Of a DNA stretch of 64,000 nt, positions 27,857-41,307 are shown in pieces. The DNA comes from the human T2T-CHM13v2.0 reference genome, Homo sapiens, in NCBI RefSeq assembly GCF_009914755.1, contig NC_060931.1, one strand, 5' to 3'. The position numbers were made by a program, and so were the translations under genes. The notes under the pieces are model-generated. The model was not told the origin of the DNA and did no database searches. It saw nothing but the letters and a program-made list of their open reading frames with translations. Position 1 is the stretch's first letter; each line of letters starts with the position of its first letter.

Positions 27857-28099
27857 ACATTTAATTCAGAATATTTTTATAATGATGAATGGTATCTCAG
27901 GCAACTAAATGCAAGAGGGTGAGAAAGGTACTTAGCATTATAATGTTTATAAAATAAATTTATTTCTCTTTATTTGAATATCTCATTTGAATCAATGAAA
28001 TGTTTTTACTTGATTTCAACTTAAAATTTACATCAAATTTTAGTGCGTGAAATCTGCATTTATATTTCATATGTTAGAAAACCAGAACAAGAAAATATT

Positions 28100-28330
28100 T
28101 GACTAAATTTAAGGTTAAACATATGTCTTAATCAGCTACTGCTATTGTACAACAAACCCTAGTTTCTAAATCTGAAACAACATATTGAAATTGACATCTT
28201 TATTCCCATTTTAAGGATGAGAAAATGAAAGCTCACTTACAGTGATTTCCCTCAGTAACCCTGTAAGGTGATAAAACCAGGATTCAAAACTCTTTATTTA
28301 TTTGAACTTAAAGACAATTTTCTTCCCAGT
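28100..28330 (-). mobile_element. MIR
   Basis: TATTCCCATTTTAAGGATGAGAAAATGAAAGCTCA...CCAGGATTCAAAAC. Confidence 0.65.
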
Positions 28331-29171
28331 ACACAATTCTACTTTTTATTTTCAAATGAAGCTGACATTAACATTCATGTCTGGCTTTGAATGCACTATT
28401 CAGAATACTTTACTATTTAATTAATTTTATCTTAATATATAGTTTGGGGGGCTTCAAGGCTGAGGTTGAAGCAGAGAAAAGTAAAAAAGGAGACAGACAG
28501 CCATTTGTTTGAGCATGTGTCATGCCTTCTCCCAAGCTGGTCTAGCTGAGCGGACAATTCACACGGTAACGTAATCGGTTGGAACATATCCATATTCCAC
28601 TTCACTCAGCTGCTTTTAAGATACCAACAGTTTACCTGCAGCAACTATAAAAAGCATTCAGTTGAGATGCTGCTGTCATTTCACCTGAATCATCCCAAGT
28701 ACCACTGACTCTCTGCTGTAGACAGAACTTAATGGTTTAGAAAATCCCAAGCAAGTTAGAAAGTACAGTGTCACATATCCCTGTTTTCAGCCAGGACAGT
28801 CAATTGAGACAGCAAGAGATTGGATTTTCTTTCTGGTTGAATTCTTGGTGTTTTTTATTTTAAATACTAATCATGCTTCAAGGCCTAATTCAAAAGTCTC
28901 CTTCTTTTTGATGTCCTCCTTGATCCCCTACAGCAGAATTTATAGATCCCTCTGTGTTTTTATAGTTCTTTGTTTATATCTTTATAACAAAAGCTTCAAA
29001 GGGAATCCCAAGCCTTTGAGTCAAAGCTGCTGATGGGATTAAGAGAAAAACAGATGGAAAGATGTCTGAGGAGCCCAAGGAGGGAAGATCAGCCTCTTAA
29101 AGGAAGCAGTTATGGGGGGAGGATAGGAGTTCTGTGGCTCCAGCTCCTGTCTCTTCCACATGTAGTGGGAA

Positions 29172-29878
29172 TGTTAGAGTAGATGAGCAAGGCAGGAGAG
29201 GGCCCCCCCATTCCCAGGAATTTTAGGCAATCATCAGGTGATAGTCAAATGGTTGTTAAACTGTCTCGCTAAAATAATAATTGGTCACAGCCAGCGACAG
29301 GGAATGGCAGTCTCCCAGCAGATAGGAAACATCTAAAGCTGGTGATCACCAGCCACCAATAAGATCTAAGGAGATGGGCAAATGGGCTCAAGCATGCAGA
29401 CTAAGAGGCAAACTGGCAGAGTTGAACTGGTATATGACCTTCCGATAGGAATGCCCCACAGGTAAGGGAAAAAGACCTCAAGTGAGCATGCACACAACCT
29501 CAGTAAACACACCGCACATGTGTGGCCTCTCTCAGGTCCTGGTAGGCCACTGTGCAGGCAGAGAGCCCACTCTAAGAGAAGAATGAGGGGAGAAAACAAC
29601 ACAAACCTCAGAACCATGCCAGTGTATAAAACCCCAAGTCAAGGGCCAGATGGGGCACTTGAATCTCTCAAGTCGCTTGCTTGGCCCTCTTCCAAGTGCA
29701 TTTTTCCTCTTTTTGTTCCTGTTCTAAAACTTTAAAATAAACTCTCACTCCTGCTCTAAAACTTGCCTCAGTCTCTTCCTCTGCATTAAAGCTACTTCTG
29801 CCCCTCCACTGAATGATTTCCCCCAAGACGGCAAAAACTGAGTTTGCTGCAGACCCATCAGATTTGCTGCCGATAACA
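29172..29878 (+). mobile_element. MER50-like ERV1 solo LTR
   Basis: TG...CA ends (TGTTAGAGTAG / GCTGCCGATAACA), GCAGGAGAGGGCCCCCCC 5' motif, TATAAAA ~29625, AATAAA ~29736. Confidence 0.85.
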
Positions 29879-30399
29879 GGTGGTGTAAAAGTGGAATGGC
29901 AACAAATTAGAGAAAATGTAGTGGAATACAATTTGGTTTTCACCAAGTAAGCAGTCTATGGCTCTGAGAGGGCTTCCCATCATGTGGAAATGCTGAGAGA
30001 TGATGCAGGTCGTTGAACCAAACCAGAGGATAAAGATTGATGGTGTGATTTCAGACAGATGGAATGAGGGTGGACCCAATGCCTTCAGAGACAATGGACA
30101 CACCTGTGGCAAGGGAGCTAAGAGTTCAGCAGGGTAGGAAAGCTCTAGGCAAAGGCAAGAATAAAAGCATTCCCATGTCCTGGAAGCACTATGAAGCGAG
30201 GCAGGAACCTGAGATACAAAGGCCAGGAGCCATTTGTTTTGTATCTCAAGAGTAGCCATCCACTCATATATTCCAAGGTAAAGAATTGAGTGGTGTTAAC
30301 CCTCCAGCCAGGGTGATCTGAGTTACGCAAAAATGACTGAAGTCCATGCTCGAAAAGTGGGTTGATTGTAATTTTGAAAAGTGTAAATAGTGACTATGA

Positions 30400-30620
30400 A
30401 CTTTGAAAAAAGTTTGCTCTGGTTTTCGACTACAGCCTTATTATTTCTAGTGGTGTGATCAGAAAATAATGCTTATTTACTTCTCTGGGTTGCTATCTTA
30501 TTATTTGTAAAGATGGAAGAAAAGTTTGCATTAAGGATTGTTTGTGAATGTAAGATGAAAAAGTATGAGAGCCTGCTGTGCAGAGTTACTAGAGATTGGC
30601 AGTCATTTAATAAATGTTAA
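30400..30620 (+). mobile_element. MIR
   Basis: TTATTTGTAAAGATGG..GGATTGTTTGTGAATGTAAGATGA..ATTTAATAAATGTTA. Confidence 0.65.
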
Positions 30621-30859
30621 ATTCTTCTTGCTGATACCTCATATGTTTTGCCTACCTTCCCTTCATTCCTACTGTTTTTTTCTTCTGTACTAATAAGGAA
30701 AAAACTATTTCTATTTAGATTTTCATTTTCAAAAATTTTGAACCATCCTCTAACATACAGAAGAGAATATTATATATCAAGTTCTTCCTTATGTAGCACT
30801 TGTTTTATTTTAATATACTCGCATTTTTGCTTCAGATCTCTGTAACTTTTACAGTCTTT

Positions 30860-31960
30860 GCATTTACAACCAAAGCCTCGCCACTGTCCCTTCCTTTTGC
30901 TACACCCCAGAGATAGCACTGTCTGGAAATTGCTTTCTACATTTCCTATGCATGTCTTGGTACCTTGTACCATAAACTCCATACCACTGTTCAATGCATT
31001 TTAAGTTTTACGTAAGTAACACTGTATACAACAAAATAACACATGCAAACTTTTGTGCTTCCCTTATCTCAGTATTATGTTTTGAGATTTATTTATGTTC
31101 ATACTTGTAAACCAAACTGATTCATTTTATTTTGGATGTTGTTCTTCATTGTGGGAGACAATTTATGGTTTTCATAGCTACACCAAGAGATATTTTTTTT
31201 CTAAATTTTTATTTCTATATAGAGTACTGCACTGAACACTCTTATCATGAATTTTGAGAATGCGTAAGAATTTCTGTATGAACCATTTGAAGTGAAATGA
31301 TAATGTAACCAAAATGCGAGTGAGTTGCTCCCCACCTGGAGAACTCAATTAACAACAGTGAGATCTGATTCAAAGCAAGTGAATTCATTCCGAAGCTAGC
31401 ATGGGGAATGGGCACAAAGTGTCCTGCTTTTAAATGTGCCACTTCACCTTTGTGGCAGAAAGTGGACACTTTTATGAGGTAAGGGGGAAGTGATCATGGG
31501 AAGGGGTCCTCTTTCTAACTTGGTGCCTTATCTACCAGGCACCTATCTGGGCAGAGATAAGTTGTAAAAGTGGCCAAGCAGGCATGCTTTTGGTATGCCC
31601 ACCTGGTAGCTGAGAGTTCTGGGCAAACCCTGGAGGGTGGAAGTTCCCTGGCAGGTATGCTTTGGTCTGCAAATCCACTGTCAACTCTCCAGGAGAGATC
31701 AATCTTGGAGCATGCAGTTAGGAGAACTTGCCCTGCAAGGAATATCTGCTGAAGGGGAGGTGAAAGGTTATATTTGCATTTCTGAAAGGCTAAGTAGGAA
31801 ACAGGGAACAGGAGAGTAGCGGAGAGTAGAAGAGAAAATAATAATGAAAAAAATAGTAATTCATCCCCTTTTTCTTAGAAAACTATAAGAGCACTTGGTT
31901 GCAATAAGGTTAAAGGATTTGCTTATTTTAATTTGCCTGGATATACTCAGTTTTCTCTTC
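30860..31960 (-). mobile_element. Old L1ME-type 3' fragment interrupted by the LTR at 31304-31903
   Basis: CTCAGTATTATGTTTTGAGATTTATTTATGTT.., TACTGCACTGAACACTCTT; resumes after the LTR. Confidence 0.6.
31304..31903 (-). mobile_element. ERV1-class solo LTR (LTR29-like)
   Basis: TGTAACC...GGTTGCA termini, exact 4-bp TSD ATAA (31300-31303 and 31904-31907), about 600 bp; subfamily name tentative. Confidence 0.75.
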
Positions 31961-31974
31961 TAAATGCTTGTACA

Positions 31975-32720
31975 ATCTCGGTCAGTTCTGACACATAAAA
32001 AGCTTGGCAGTTGTTACTCTAATCCTTACAGAAAAAAAAAAGAAAATAAAAGATAAACAAATTGAAAATCGATGACTTTTCTTGGACCTATAAGAGAAGA
32101 GCAGGGCAAATGGCCACCCTAAAATCTGAAGAGACCAGCAAATGCGGAGAACCACAGCCAAGGTCAGCTCACCTGGAGCAGAAGCTGCTGGGGCCAGAAC
32201 TCGTGGGAAACATAAATTGTCATTTTGATGAATAGCTGGAGGATGCGTGTAGGGAAATATAAGAGAGAAACTGCTGGGCCCCCCTCCCCACATTTTTATT
32301 TATTTTTACCTCTAGGAACCCCACCAGGTTCTCACAGTAAAAAGCCATAAACAAATAAACAAACTGTCTTGTCTCTGACAGATGGAGGGGGAAAATAACC
32401 ATTATGAAATATGTCCAGAATGCAAAGCCCTTTACTTGAGAAAACACTTTACTTGAGTTTTACTTCACCGGTGGTAGAGGGAATTGACCCAACTCTGGCC
32501 CCCTCTAGCCATTCTTTTTTACCTCCGTGGGGAATAAAAGCTAAGAAACACAGCCCACGGACACAGCCAAGAGACTGAGATTCTGCCATCAGATTGTAGA
32601 ACACTTACTCTCCCCCACAGGTTACCCTTGCATCTACAGGGATCAGGTATTCATTGCAGTAGATTACAGAAGAAAGAGAAGCAAGATTCAGTTTCCATAT
32701 GAAGAACTTCTTAGGAAATC
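31975..32720 (+). mobile_element. Old L1M 5'UTR fragment
   Basis: GACTTTTCTTGGACC.., CACCCTAAAATCTG.., CTGGAGCAGAAGCTGCTGG, CCCCACCAGGTTCTCACAGT resemble L1MD/M4 5' ends. Confidence 0.6.
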
Positions 32721-33029
32721 ACAGTCCAATGATGCTGGCACAACCTTTGGAAAGGAACGGTGCCTAAATGGGCTTAAAAATTTAATACCAATTCTGGTTA
32801 AGTTGTATAAAAATGCCTTTTTCCTCTTCCTCTTCACTTTTTCAGATGAACAGTCTAGGGGAAATTAGGGGACGATTGGCAAAGGGTGAAGTTACAGCCA
32901 CTGAAGTGGGACATCCTAGTTTTGTAGACAGTAACGACCCCAGCACCTGGAGGAGGAAGGCCTTAGACACCAGGACTTACTGAGGAAGGAGGGACATTGG
33001 TAATCCACATCTTTAAAATTGCCCTCTGG

Positions 33030-34130
33030 AGATTTTCTCATAAAGACAATGGCCCTTTCTGCTCTCTGAATTGCTATTAATTCCCTAGATATAGCTGACT
33101 GTTGGATGTGCCATGCCCTTGCTGAGAGACAACTCTGACCATGATTTGACTCATATGCCCTTTAACCTTGATGCAAACTCTATTGGAAACAGCAAGGATG
33201 GTCCCAACTTCTGCACCTGTAAGCGCCATTGCATGTCTTCCCCATCCCATCCCGAGTGGTCCCTCAGTCATTTTGCGGGTCAAATGAATGCCATGTGGCT
33301 AATGACATGGACACATGGACTAGGCGACACTGTCAAGCTGTACCCACCCAAAATAATATAGGTCCCATTTGGGGAGAAAATTGCAAGCAACACTTTTTTT
33401 TTCCTAGGAGGCTCATATGCTCCCCGTGACTTTACTCCGTGAGTACAGTTACTTCAGTTGTTAACTTGCCTCCCTTCCAAAAACACAATGAATGGCCCTT
33501 AGTGTGGTCATAAGAGATGTGTAAGTTTTTAAGTAAATGCCACCAGTAGGTCACACAGCCCCAGATAACTACAAAGATCTCTCCAAAGTCAGACTCTCCT
33601 GGTTACTGAGATTGAGAAGGGCTTCCAGAACAGAGCCAACTGATGTTTTATGTGGACCATTTGGACAATTTTTTTCTACAATGTGTATCACACAACCACT
33701 TGAGCTAAAGTAATTAATGGGACCATTTTGGTCCTGCCAAGCATTCAGGTCAGCCTCACCTCACCAGCCAGAGTGCATGGACTATAGAGTTGCTCTGGAC
33801 TTTCTCCTTCAAGTCCAAGACGGAGTCTGTGCATCCACTAATACATCCTTACCCCAGACCAAGTGGAATGGTTAACTCCGACATTGAAAACGAAGCCTGT
33901 CTGGGTTCCTAATGTAGATCTGCACTATTTTGAGACATTATTAAGCCTGGAGACATAGTTGAGGACAATATTGACATGGGATGGGCTTATCCTGATGCTT
34001 GAAATCCTATTACAAATACCCTTAATTAAATACTGTATGAGACACATTAGTCAGACTTGGTCCTAGCCTCTGTTGGTCAGAAAAATCAAAGTGTCAGAGG
34101 AAACAATCTTTTATTGAAAAAAATCACCAG
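33030..34130 (+). pseudogene. Degenerate gamma-type ERV envelope (env) remnant, MER90/MER89-int-like
   Basis: Manual translation: ADCWMCHAL (33094-33120), furin site RLRR (33609-33620), heptad KVINGTILVLPSIQVSLTSPARV, ISD-like MDYRVALDFLLQVQDGVCASTNTS (33777-33848), TM GLILMLEILLQIPLIKYC (33983-34036); multiple frameshifts/stops. Confidence 0.85.
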
Positions 34131-34162
34131 AAGACAAGGTGGTGCAAAAATGAGTGGTAAAT

Positions 34163-34682
34163 ATTTTGGGGGATGATTCTTCCTGGATCTCTCACATTTT
34201 TGTGTGTCTTATGAGCAGAGGAGTTGGTGGCCTTTTGCTCCAGATGATCTGATGATCTTTCCAAGATTTTTCATTTAGTGAATAGCCTTGGAAAAATTGC
34301 TCTGGACTTCCAGCAACTGTTTCTGAAGAAGGGAGTAGATGTGCTTCTATCTAGTATAATAAAAACAGTGTGTCCCTCTGGGAAAAAGCTTAGGCAACTG
34401 TACTTCATTTGGGTTTCCTATGCTTGAGGTTCATCACCTATGAAAGAAACAGACTCAGTATGTGCACAAAATCCACCCAGGCCATGTCGCCCATGTTTGA
34501 CTTGGGGGAAAACGGAGCTGACAGGAGCATGGAGCTCAGGTTTCCTGCTGTTTTAACTAGAAAAGCCCTCTGTACCTGATTCAGATGTCTAGTGTCTCCT
34601 CTCAGCATTTGTGAAACTGTGGCAGCCTAACTCACTGACTAGGAAGCAGGATAACAATTCAGATCCTCATAATTATTTTCAG
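34163..34682 (+). mobile_element. MER90a-like ERV1 LTR (3' LTR of the env-bearing provirus)
   Basis: GGATCTCTCACATTT..GAGCAGAGG, AGTATAATAAAAAC..TCCCTCTGGG, TGAAACTGTGGCAGCCTAAC match recalled MER90a consensus. Confidence 0.75.
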
Positions 34683-35213
34683 AATGTACTGTCACATTTG
34701 GAGAAACAGTTGTGGAGCTTAAGGCTTAAGGCAATGGAGCTTTTTACTCACTGCTGCTCAGTGAGTTCCTGGTTCAATCGCCAGTTTAAATGACACTTTC
34801 TCTTCATAGCTTTCACCAATTCCCCTTACTGCCCACATATCATGGAGTTAACTTTGCCTCCATTTCTAGTCCATTATATCACTTACAGAAAGTAGCAATA
34901 TGTATTTTTCTATTTTATAGTTAATGACGTCATTTAGTTTTGTGGCTTTAAGTGACAACTGTTTTTTTATTTAAAACAAGAAAACATGTTTTATGCATTT
35001 TTCTATAGTTAATATTAAGCAAAGTGCATGGTACAGAGAGAGAATTTCATATTCTAATCCAAAAATGAATGAATAATATAGCAAATATTATCTGATTTCC
35101 TTTTATATGTGGGGACTGTACTAAGCTAAATTTAGGCTAAGTAAAATTTAGAATATGCCAATGAAAAATACATTGTGCCTCTCTTCAAGAATAACTTTTA
35201 AAAGGTAGATGGG

Positions 35214-35641
<428 letters not shown>

Positions 35642-36139
35642 TTAACTCAGAAAGTCTAACATGTCTTATCCTGGAGTTTGAGCTTCTTGTTTTAGGTGAT
35701 TTAAGACAGCAGACATTTAAAAATGACATGGTATAGTACAAAGAATATATGATTATATGCTGTTCACACATCAGGTGGTCTAAATTATTTTGTTTTCTGT
35801 GCTTTATTGCCTGACATATGGAATGCAAAATTGGTGTGGAAGGTGGAAAAAAATTTAAATGAACCTTATATTTATGTATAAACATAATCACACCTAAGAA
35901 CAGCTTACTTAGTTTAAGCAATGCTAGCATACATAGAATCATTATTTCTACAAGAGAAGGGTCAGGATATGTGGTGGTTTCATGGAAGGGGAGCCCTAAA
36001 GGAAGAGATATAAACACCTGTACTATAGTCCAGTGCCCTGGGAAATAAGGGAGAACTCTACCCTGAAACCAAATGCTTCCATGCTTATCTGTCCTCAACC
36101 ACCATCAGCCCCATGTAGATTTTTATACTAAAGTATCAG

Positions 36140-36325
36140 GTGTAGGATCAATAATCATGAATTCTGAAGTCAGGAAGGCCTTAATGTGCATTCTAAGTTT
36201 GTCACATAGATTGGTTGTTTTTCTCATCTTTAAAATGGGAATAATAATATCTACCCCATAAGAAAGTAATGCTAATTAAGTGAAGAAAGATATGAAAGCA
36301 CATATTAAATTGCAACATGCTTTAA
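36140..36325 (+). mobile_element. MIR
   Basis: TTTTCTCATCTTTAAAATGGGAATAATAATATCTACC. Confidence 0.7.
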
Positions 36326-36484
36326 AATGTCATCTATTTTTAATTGCTATTAAATGTATTAATATCTTTAGCTTTCTGCTTAAATGTTGCTAAGTGGTAA
36401 GCTTCAAAGTCGGGAACTTTTGGAATGTTTCTCATTTTGAGTGAAGACTGACGTAGTAAGTCTGTCTTTGAACATCTAGTCCTG

Positions 36485-36600
36485 ATTCATTTAGTCATTC
36501 ATTCATTCAACCATTCATAAATTTACTCAACAAGTATTTATTGACAAATTTATCATTCATCAAGTACAGCAAAGAATAGTGAGATACAAGACAAAATTCA
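36485..36600 (-). mobile_element. L2 3' terminal fragment
   Basis: ATTCATTCATTCAAC..CAACAAGTATTTATTGA. Confidence 0.55.
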
Positions 36601-37427
36601 TATTCCCGCAGTAATGAAAAAGTATGGGTATGGTATGGGGTAGCAGATACTGAAATATGTGTGCATAGATGATGGCTTATTTCCATGTATGGTAAAGCCT
36701 AGAAAATAACAAATAATGTTCACACTCTCTTGGGTTTCTGTGAGAGTACAAGCTTCACCATCTTCAACTCCTGAAAGCCCAGCATCTGTCACCACAAAAT
36801 TTGACATGCTTGCTTTGTGGCCAGACCCTCTAGAAAACCTCACTCATTTCTGTATGTTGGCAAAATTTAGCAATCTTTGATTTATCGACCCCTCCACAGC
36901 AGTGTACCTCTAAATCCTGTCTTGCTGGGGCCCTGGGCAAAGCAGTCAGGCAGAGTGTTTTTACCCTCTTTCTCAGGCTGATGTCCTTTTGAAGATCCCC
37001 TATGTTGAGATCTCTGCACACAACCCTCTGGGATGCTACCCTGGATCTGAGATGCCCCACAAGTGCTGGACTCAACCAGCTCTGCTATTGGATTCCATAG
37101 TCATGGACCATGGCATGGGATGTTGGAGGTTTACTTTGAGAATTAATCCTTCATGATAAAGCCCCTTTTTTGCTCAGGTTCCCTTAGCTAAGTCCTGATA
37201 TATATCTATTCTGGCTTCTCCTGAGCCTCTTGGTCGGGTATCTCAGCACACCTGATGGTGGGAGCTGTGGCAGTTAAGACCATGCTTCAAACTTTTATAA
37301 AAATCCATGAGCTTCTAAATGAATGGCCTTTATGTAGCATGTTTAAAAGCATTCACAGTTGTTTTTTAAACACTTACCTAAGTTTTGATTCTAAGTGCTT
37401 TCTCCTAAATAGAAATTATAGGATCAA

Positions 37428-37590
37428 GCTGGGGGTGGTGACACGTGCTTTTAATCCCAGCTACTCAGGAGGCTGAGGCAGGAGGATCACTTGAACCCAT
37501 GAGTTTGAGGCTGCAGTGAGCTATGATTGCATCACTGCAAGCCAGACTGGGTGGCAGAATGAGATCCCATTTCTTCAGAAAAAGAGAGAA
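37428..37590 (+). mobile_element. Free Alu monomer (FRAM/FAM-like)
   Basis: Single right-arm-type monomer, A-rich tail; TSD AGAAATTATA(G/A)GATC at 37411 and 37591. Confidence 0.9.
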
Positions 37591-38752
37591 AGAAATTATA
37601 AGATCCACTCTAACTTGTGAAAAACGCAGCCCTGACAGAAAAGAGAATCCTAGTATGACATATTAGAGGTCTTCCTTGAAAGATTATTCAAATTGTGGTT
37701 GCATCTTCTGTTTTCCCTGCTTTTCCTTTATCACAGGAAGAAAGAACATTTTTGTTAAAAGTTATTGATTGATAAACACACAAAAATACATCAGTGATTT
37801 AAACAAGCCATTTGTTTCTGTGGATAATATAAAAAAATCTAATTTAGTTTCTAAAAATTTATCATGTTTATTCCATTGTAGAAGAAACCACGAAAATATA
37901 GCATTTGGTATCAGTAAATTATACTCTTAGTGAAGCCTGTCTCTATTCATCAGACTCCCTGCACACAGAAATCTAGTTTTTATGTGAATTTGTACAGCCT
38001 TTCCTCTGAAGCTATGTTATTGATTGAATTATAGGCTGTACAGAGCCTTGGAGCTCACATACGCTGAACTCTTTATTTTGCAAATGATGCTATTGAGGTC
38101 TAGAGATGTTAAATGGCTGCCCAAGATTACATACCTGACTGCAATGTTGCCCCTACACCACTGCTTTAAGACTGATTTGTGAGTGTCTGCAGATTCCCAA
38201 GTGAGAGAAGCATGTGCCATACTACAGATGTTCTTACCCCTATACCTCCCCACTCTGTTACATATGAAATACTCTAGAGGAATCACGGAATCAGAAGACT
38301 TGAGTTCAAAATATTGGAGAGCCTTGTGACCTTTTAAACTTTAGTTGTTTAAGCTCTATAAGCATTAGTTTTTCAAATTGTAAAATGAAGAGACTTATGC
38401 AAAACTCAGATAGAAGAGGGAAGGTTAAACTCTAATTTATATGGCAAGCCAGGACAGTGCACAGCAAACACCAAGAAACCAATCCATGCTATTCTGATTC
38501 ATTTTTGTGAAATGGCTTGAAAATTGTACCAGTCCATGAAAATTCAAATATTATACATTATGTATTTGTAATAAAGTAGCTGTTCTTATTTAAATATTTC
38601 TCATTTATGATCAGGTCTTATTAATAGAAATAAGTGCCTCTTACATGCTCTATTTTTGAGAACTTTTCTGTGAACTAAACCCCTCTTATGTCAACATAGC
38701 GGAGCCCTTCCTGCCACTAAATAAGCCATTAATGGCTACCTCTTTAACATAC

Positions 38753-39293
38753 TGTATTAGGGCTCTCTAGAGGGACAGGACTAACAGGTTAGATGTATAT
38801 ATGAAAGGAAGTTTATTAGGAGTATTGACTCACATGATCACAAGGTGAAGTCCCACAATAGGCTGTCTGCAAGCTGAGGAGCCAGGAAGCCAGCCTGAGT
38901 CTCAAGACCTCAAAAGCAAGGAAGCCAACAGTGCAGCCTTCAGTCTGTGGCCAAAAACCCAAGAGCCCCTGTTAAACCACTTGCGTAAGTCCAGGAGTCC
39001 TAAAGCTGAAGAACTTGGGAGTCTGATGTTCGCAGGCAGGAACTATCCAGCACGAGAGGGAGATGAAGGCTGGCAGACTCAGGAAGTCAAGTCCTTCCAC
39101 ATTCTTCAGTCTACTGTATTCTATCTGAGATTGCAGCTGATTAGATGGTGCCCACCCAGGTTGAGGGTGGGTCTGCCTCTCCCAGTCCACTGACTCAAAT
39201 GTTAATCTCCTTTGGCAATACCCTCACAGACACACCCAGGAACAATACTTTGCATCCTTCTATCCAATCAAGTTGACAGTGTTAACCATCACA
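38753..39293 (-). mobile_element. MLT2A (likely MLT2A2) HERV-L solo LTR
   Basis: TGTATTAG..CTCTAGAGGGACAG ... CCAATCAAGTTGACA..TTAACCATCACA; exact 5-bp TSD CATAC. Confidence 0.93.
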
Positions 39294-40683
39294 CATACCA
39301 TTATCCAAAGTTTTCCCAGAAATTCAGTGTTCAAAAGCTTCTGGAGGCAAAAGATTAATTATAGTATTATGAAAATGTATTAGAAAATGAAGCCCATCTA
39401 ATCTAAACATTTACATTTAGAAGTGCTACTGACAGATGTACCAACCTGAAATAAATCACTCAGATATTTAAAGATAGGGGTGATACTGGAGGCCAGAGCC
39501 CAGTCTCTTTCGTAAAAATCATAGAATTTATTACAACCCATTTATCCATTTGTCCTTACAACCACCTTGCAAGTAATTTCAAACTACTATCTATTTTTAG
39601 GCCATAGCATATGAAAATATAAATGTAACACTTCTGAAATAAAATACTGACTTATCTGTTCAAGGTAATGGGCATTTCAATTTGGCAGGAATTATTTCAG
39701 GAATTTGGTAGGAACTATTTCAATTATGAACATGAGGATGGAGAAGATAAAAAGGAATGGCAAAAATAATTTGTGATATATTAATCCCAGTAGAAGAACT
39801 AGTACTTCATCTTTGCCAAAGTTATGCATTGCAAATGTCAATTTAGCTTTGGCTACTGCAGGGTATGAAAAGGAAAAAAAAATCTTGAGTGTGAGTAATT
39901 ATTGTTAATGTAAGTTATCTAATTGGGAGTATTTATTTTCTGATTGTAGGGCAAATGTTAGTGAGTAAAGCATAGGTTTATTTTCTTGTCTATTCATATT
40001 TTCCTGAATTCCTTAAACAAAACCTTAGGAATGTCCAATATATATCTGTGATTATAATCTGCTTAAAGGATATCATGGAAAACAAGAGTCTTTATTGTGT
40101 GCCTTGTGCATTCCTAAGGTAAGCTGAGGAAAATCACTCTCAACGTACAATTAGAAATAGTTGTAACATAAAACTGTGTCATGGATGTAAGGGAAAATGT
40201 TTACTGAGGAAAGGGGTGCACGTGAGGGCGACGGTCAGGCAACAGTTTTCTGGGAAATATTGAGCAGCCTGTCTCTCTGATAATTTTATTAAACTGCTTT
40301 GTGAGATAATAGCCAAGCAGAGGCTAAAACTAAAATACAGAAAATGTTGAAGTGGAGGCACCTGGTCAAATGCATAGGTTCAAAAATAATAAGAGTAGAA
40401 TAATAAGGGCTGCATCATTGAGACCAAAATCTTGGAATTCTCTATGACTCCTGAGATCATAAATTCAGGACTATGCTATACTTCTGGACAAGTTATGCTT
40501 TTGTGTCTAAATAAGGCTCTTATGCAATTAATTTTTCCCATGTTCTACTCACGTCAAACATCTCTTCAATCGGATATGAGGATCAGAAATTGTATATCAT
40601 TAGCTCAGTGTCCCACACATAGTAATCTGCATCTTGAATAATGGGCAAGCTGTGTGGAAATGTATATTCTGCTACTGAAATGA

Positions 40684-41034
<351 letters not shown>

Positions 41035-41307
41035 TAAGGTGAATTACTTTACTATAAAGTGATATTTTCTTACTTAAAATGTAAATTTCTGATAAAATCT
41101 GAATGTTAATTCACGTGCTATAAAGAGATAAAGAAATGAGGGCCTTGAGAAAGAAAAGGTGTGATAAAACACCTTTTAAAACAATTTTATGATCATAGGC
41201 AGGTAATATTAACTAATAAATATCCAATATACAAAATATTTGTTCATGTGAATACTGGATTTAACATCAAGTATGAAGAGTTTCTCCTACCTTTTCTTGT
41301 TGTCACC

